Assembly (NCBI GenBank): GCA_002269645.1
Contig: NIVC01000284.1
Span: forward strand, 310,001-374,000
DNA from: Macrostomum lignano
Lineage: Eukaryota
DNA: 64,000 nt
Reading direction: 5' to 3'
In this document: in pieces, positions 60,519-64,000 of the stretch
How positions within the stretch are numbered: the first letter of the stretch is position 1
Layout: every line of letters starts with the position of its first letter
Notes under the pieces: model-generated
Told to the model about the DNA's origin: nothing
The model's database searches: none
What the model saw: the letters and a program-made list of their open reading frames with translations, nothing else
Program-made: the position numbers and the translations under genes

Positions 60519-62246
60519 GTGAAGAGGCAGACTCAAGGACTGAAGATTCAGTGAAGAGGCAGACTCAATGACTGAAGATTCAGTGAAGAGGCAGACTCAA
60601 GGACTGAAGGATCAGTGAAGAGGCAGACTCAATGACTGAAGGATCAGTGAAGAGGCAGACTCAAGGACTGAAGGATCAGTGAAGAGGCAGACTCAAGGAC
60701 TGAAGGATCAGTGAAGAGGCAGACTCAAGGACTGAAGGATCAGTGAAGAGGCAGACTCAAGGACTGAAGGATCAGTGAAGAGGCAGACTCAAGGACTGAA
60801 GGACCAGTGAAGAGGCAGACTCAAGGACTGAAGGATCAGTGAAGAGGCAGACTCAAGGACTGAAGGATCAGTGAAGAGGCAGACTCAAGGACTGAAGGAC
60901 CAGTGAAGAGGCAGACTCAAGGACTGAAGGATCAGTGAAGAGGCAGACTCAATGACTGAAGGATCAGTGAAGAGGCAGACTAAGGGACTGAAGGATCAGT
61001 GAAGAGGCAGACTCAGGGACTGAAGGATCAGTGAAGAGGCAGACTCAGGGACTGAAGGATCAGTGAAGAGGCAGACTCAGGGACTGAATGATCAGTGAAG
61101 AGGCAGACTCAGGGACTGAAGGATCAGTGAAGAGGCAGACTCAAGGACTGAAGGATCAGTGAAGAGGCAGACTCAAGGACTGAAGATTCAGTGAAGAGGC
61201 AGACTCAAGGACTGAAGGATCAGTGAAGAGGCAGACTCAAGGACTGAAGGACCAGTGAAGAGGCAGACTCAGGGACTGAAGGATCAGTGAAGAGGCAGAC
61301 TCAGGGACTGAAGGATCAGTGAAGAGGCAGACTCAATGACTGAAGGATCAGTGAAGAGGCAGACTCAATGACTGAAGGATCAGTGAAGAGGCAGACTCAA
61401 TGACTGAAGGATCAGTGAAGAGGCAGACTCAATGACTGAAGGATCAGTGAAGAGGGAGACTCAATGACTGAAGATTCAGTGAAGAGGCAGACTCAAGGAC
61501 TGAAGGATCAGTGAAGAGGCAGACTCAAGGACTGAAGGACCAGTGAAGAGGCAGACTCAAGGACTGAAGGATCAGTGAAGAGGCAGACTCAATGACTGAA
61601 GGATCAGTGAAGAGGCAGACTCAAGGACTGAAGGATCAGTGAAGAGGCAGACTCAAGGACTGAAGGACCAGTGAAGAGGCAGACTAAAGGACTGAAGGAT
61701 CAGTGAAGAGGCAGACTCAATGACTGAAGGATCAGTGAAGAGGCAGACTCAAGGACTGAAGATTCAGTGAAGAGGCAGACTCAATGACTGAAGGATCAGT
61801 GAAGAGGCAGACTCAGGGACTGAAGGATCAGTGAAGAGGCAGACTCAGGGACTGAAGGATCAGTGAAGAGGCAGACTCAAGGACTGAAGGACCAGTGAAG
61901 AGGCAGACTCAATGACTGAAGGACCAGTGAAGAGGCAGACTCAAGGACTGAAGGACCAGTGAAGAGGCAGACTCAAGGACTGAAGGACCAGTGAAGAGGC
62001 AGACTCAAGGACTGAAGGATCAGTGAAGAGGCAGACTCAATGACTGAAGGATCAGTGAAGAGGCAGACTCAATGACTGAAGGATCAGTGAAGAGGCAGAC
62101 TCAATGACTGAAGGATCAGTGAAGAGGCAGACTCAAGGACTGAAGGACCAGTGAAGAGGCAGACTCAAGGACTGAAGGACCAGTGAAGAGGCAGACTCAA
62201 GGACTGAAGAATCAGTGAAGAGGCAGACTCAAGGACTGAAGGATCC
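60519..62246. repeat. 32-bp-unit satellite (GTGAAGAGGCAGACTCAAGGACTGAAGGATCA), about 1.7 kb
   Basis: Direct reading; 32-nt period with no unique spacers. Confidence 0.97.
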
Positions 62247-62296
62247 GTGAGGTGCATACTTAAAGCTACTTAAGAAATCGATAATCAATTGCTTAC

Positions 62297-63767
62297 CCCT
62301 TCAGCACTGCTGAGGTCCTCGAGGCCTCTCAGTAGCATTTCACCTGCCGGAAGCTCCTCGGTTTCCTGCTGCAAGTCCTTGGCAACTGCAGATAGCTGAC
62401 TGTCGGTGTCTCCGCTCTGATGACTATTGACAAACAGCAGAGGTTGCAGAGGCGGTCGTATCCACGATTGCACAGTAGAAATTACAGGCACTGTAGTTAT
62501 TAGAGCGTTGCTGTCAGCAGAAGATTGTGAACTAGTTGTGCAGCGATGGGTTTCCTGCAAAGAAGACGAAAAGATGGGAATTTCTATATATTGTAAAAAT
62601 AACCAAAAAGCTCTCGAATTTGATTGGATTCTTGAGAAAGGATGTGGAGCTCCTATTATAAAGATGGACAAAAGTGTTTTGTTTCGAAACTCTCTCTACC
62701 TCAACTATTCGAATGACCTGACGCCATAGCAACTAACTGAGGCAATTAGTTCGAGAGGAAGACGGCTTTGTTACAATGAGATGCCTCACTTGAGTCACTA
62801 CAGTAGCTGATGAGCTCGTTCAGTTAGGTGAAAGTTCAGTGAGACAGTTTCGATGTACTTTTAATTTGGGGAGCCATTTCTAAGAAAAAGCCACTTTAAA
62901 TTTGATAGTGCCATTTTCATCTTGATGGTGCCATTTTTATCTTGATGGTGCCATTTTTATCTTGATGGTGTCATTTTCATCTTGATGGTGTCATTTTCAT
63001 CTTGATGATGCCATTTATTGGATGGTGCCATTTTCATTTGGATAGTGCCATTTTTATTTGGAAAATGCCATTTTCACATTGAAGGTGCCATTTTCATCTT
63101 GATGGTGCCATTTTCATCTTGATGGTGTTATTTTCATCTTGATGATGCCATTTTTTGGATGGTGCCATTTTCATTTGGATGGTGCCATTTTTATTTGGAT
63201 AATGCCATTTTCACATTGAAGGTGCCATTTTCATCTTGAAGGTGCCATTTTCATCTTGAAGGTGCCATTTTTATCTTGATTGTGCCATTTTCATCTTGAT
63301 GGTGTCATTTTCATCTTGATGGTGTCATTTTCATCTTGATGGTGTCATTTTCATCTTGATGATGCCATTTTTTTGGATGGTGCCATTTTCATTTGGATGG
63401 TGCCATTTTTATTTGGATAATGCCATTTTCACATTGAAGGTGCCATTTTCATCTTGATGGTGCCATTTTTTCATTTAAATGGTGCCATTTTTATTTGGAT
63501 GGTGCCATTTTCATCTTGATGGTTCCGCTTTCATCTTCTTGGTAAAATCTAACTTTGACTTATTATTTTTACCCAAAAAAGAATACGCATAATTGCTCAC
63601 CTGTAAATTATTGCTAGAAAAGTCACGAAGGCCTTTGCCAGAGCTTTCGGAGCCTGCTGTCAACGGTTCATTGGGTTCGACCACGCCAATGTCACTCGAA
63701 GTTGTTTTAACTTGACATGACATAAAGTCTGACATGACAGCTTGGAAATCCTCCTGCACTTGGGTTT
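62297..63767 (-). CDS. Two candidate internal exons (63767-63601 and 62554-62297) of an unidentified gene entering from beyond the window
   Basis: Strong acceptors (CATCTCCCCGCAG; CTTTTCGTCTTCTTTGCAG) and donors (GTGAGC; GTAAGC). The frames are open and join in phase 0: ...DFSSNNLQ|ETHRCTTSSQ...LEDLSSAEG. The product is low-complexity and Ser/Thr-rich, and I recognise no domain. Confidence 0.55.
62905..63522. repeat. 20-bp-unit minisatellite (CCATTTTCATCTTGATGGTG) in the intron between the two candidate exons
   Basis: Direct reading. Confidence 0.95.
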
Positions 63768-64000
63768 CTGCGGGGAGATGTGTGTGAGTGTGTGTATCTG
63801 TGCTTTAATTTGAATCGAGAACTATGGATATATCGATTAATCACTAAGCAGAGAGATGTACCTCAGCTCTCAACTCTCGTGACTCAACGACTGATCTCGT
63901 TTAGTTGTCATGCAGCCCTGTGCTACTCTATTATATGTATAAGAAATCAATTCTGATCCCGCCTAGGGGGAGTTCATTGCGGTTTTTTGTAATGATGGGC

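Noticed and set aside
60519-62246. CRISPR-like regular 32-bp repeat
   Set aside because: Head-to-tail units with no unique spacers, no cas genes and a eukaryotic context. The same applies to the 30-, 24- and 21-bp arrays.

Overview
Eukaryotic (animal) genomic DNA with spliceosomal introns, GC-rich exons, poly-Ala/Gln tracts and many micro- and minisatellites. The overall texture suggests a free-living flatworm such as Macrostomum, but that is inference only. All host genes I can resolve are on the minus strand. 1-19.2 kb: a head-to-tail array of seven DEG/ENaC (amiloride-sensitive channel family) genes with single-exon CDSs, plus a decayed eighth copy that abuts a LINE reverse-transcriptase relic. 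The channels keep the HG motif and a GMS filter but share only six ectodomain cysteines. Two non-adjacent copies share a near-identical tract of about 570 bp. The apparent frameshifts are all 1-nt losses, mostly in homopolymers, and are probably consensus errors. 19.7-25.7 kb: a 3-exon ABCA-subfamily transporter whose two ATPase sites are both degenerate. About 26.2-31.0 kb: TTC16, with a tRNA-derived SINE in one intron. 33.9-40.9 kb: RBFOX/Fox-1, with a cluster of its own UGCAUG binding sites downstream of the 93-nt RRM exon. 41-64 kb: a satellite-dense region containing a young 2.8-kb Ty3/gypsy derivative (identical 212-bp LTRs, 5-bp TSD, internally inverted pol-PPT-LTR block) and two phase-compatible exons of an unidentified gene at the far end.
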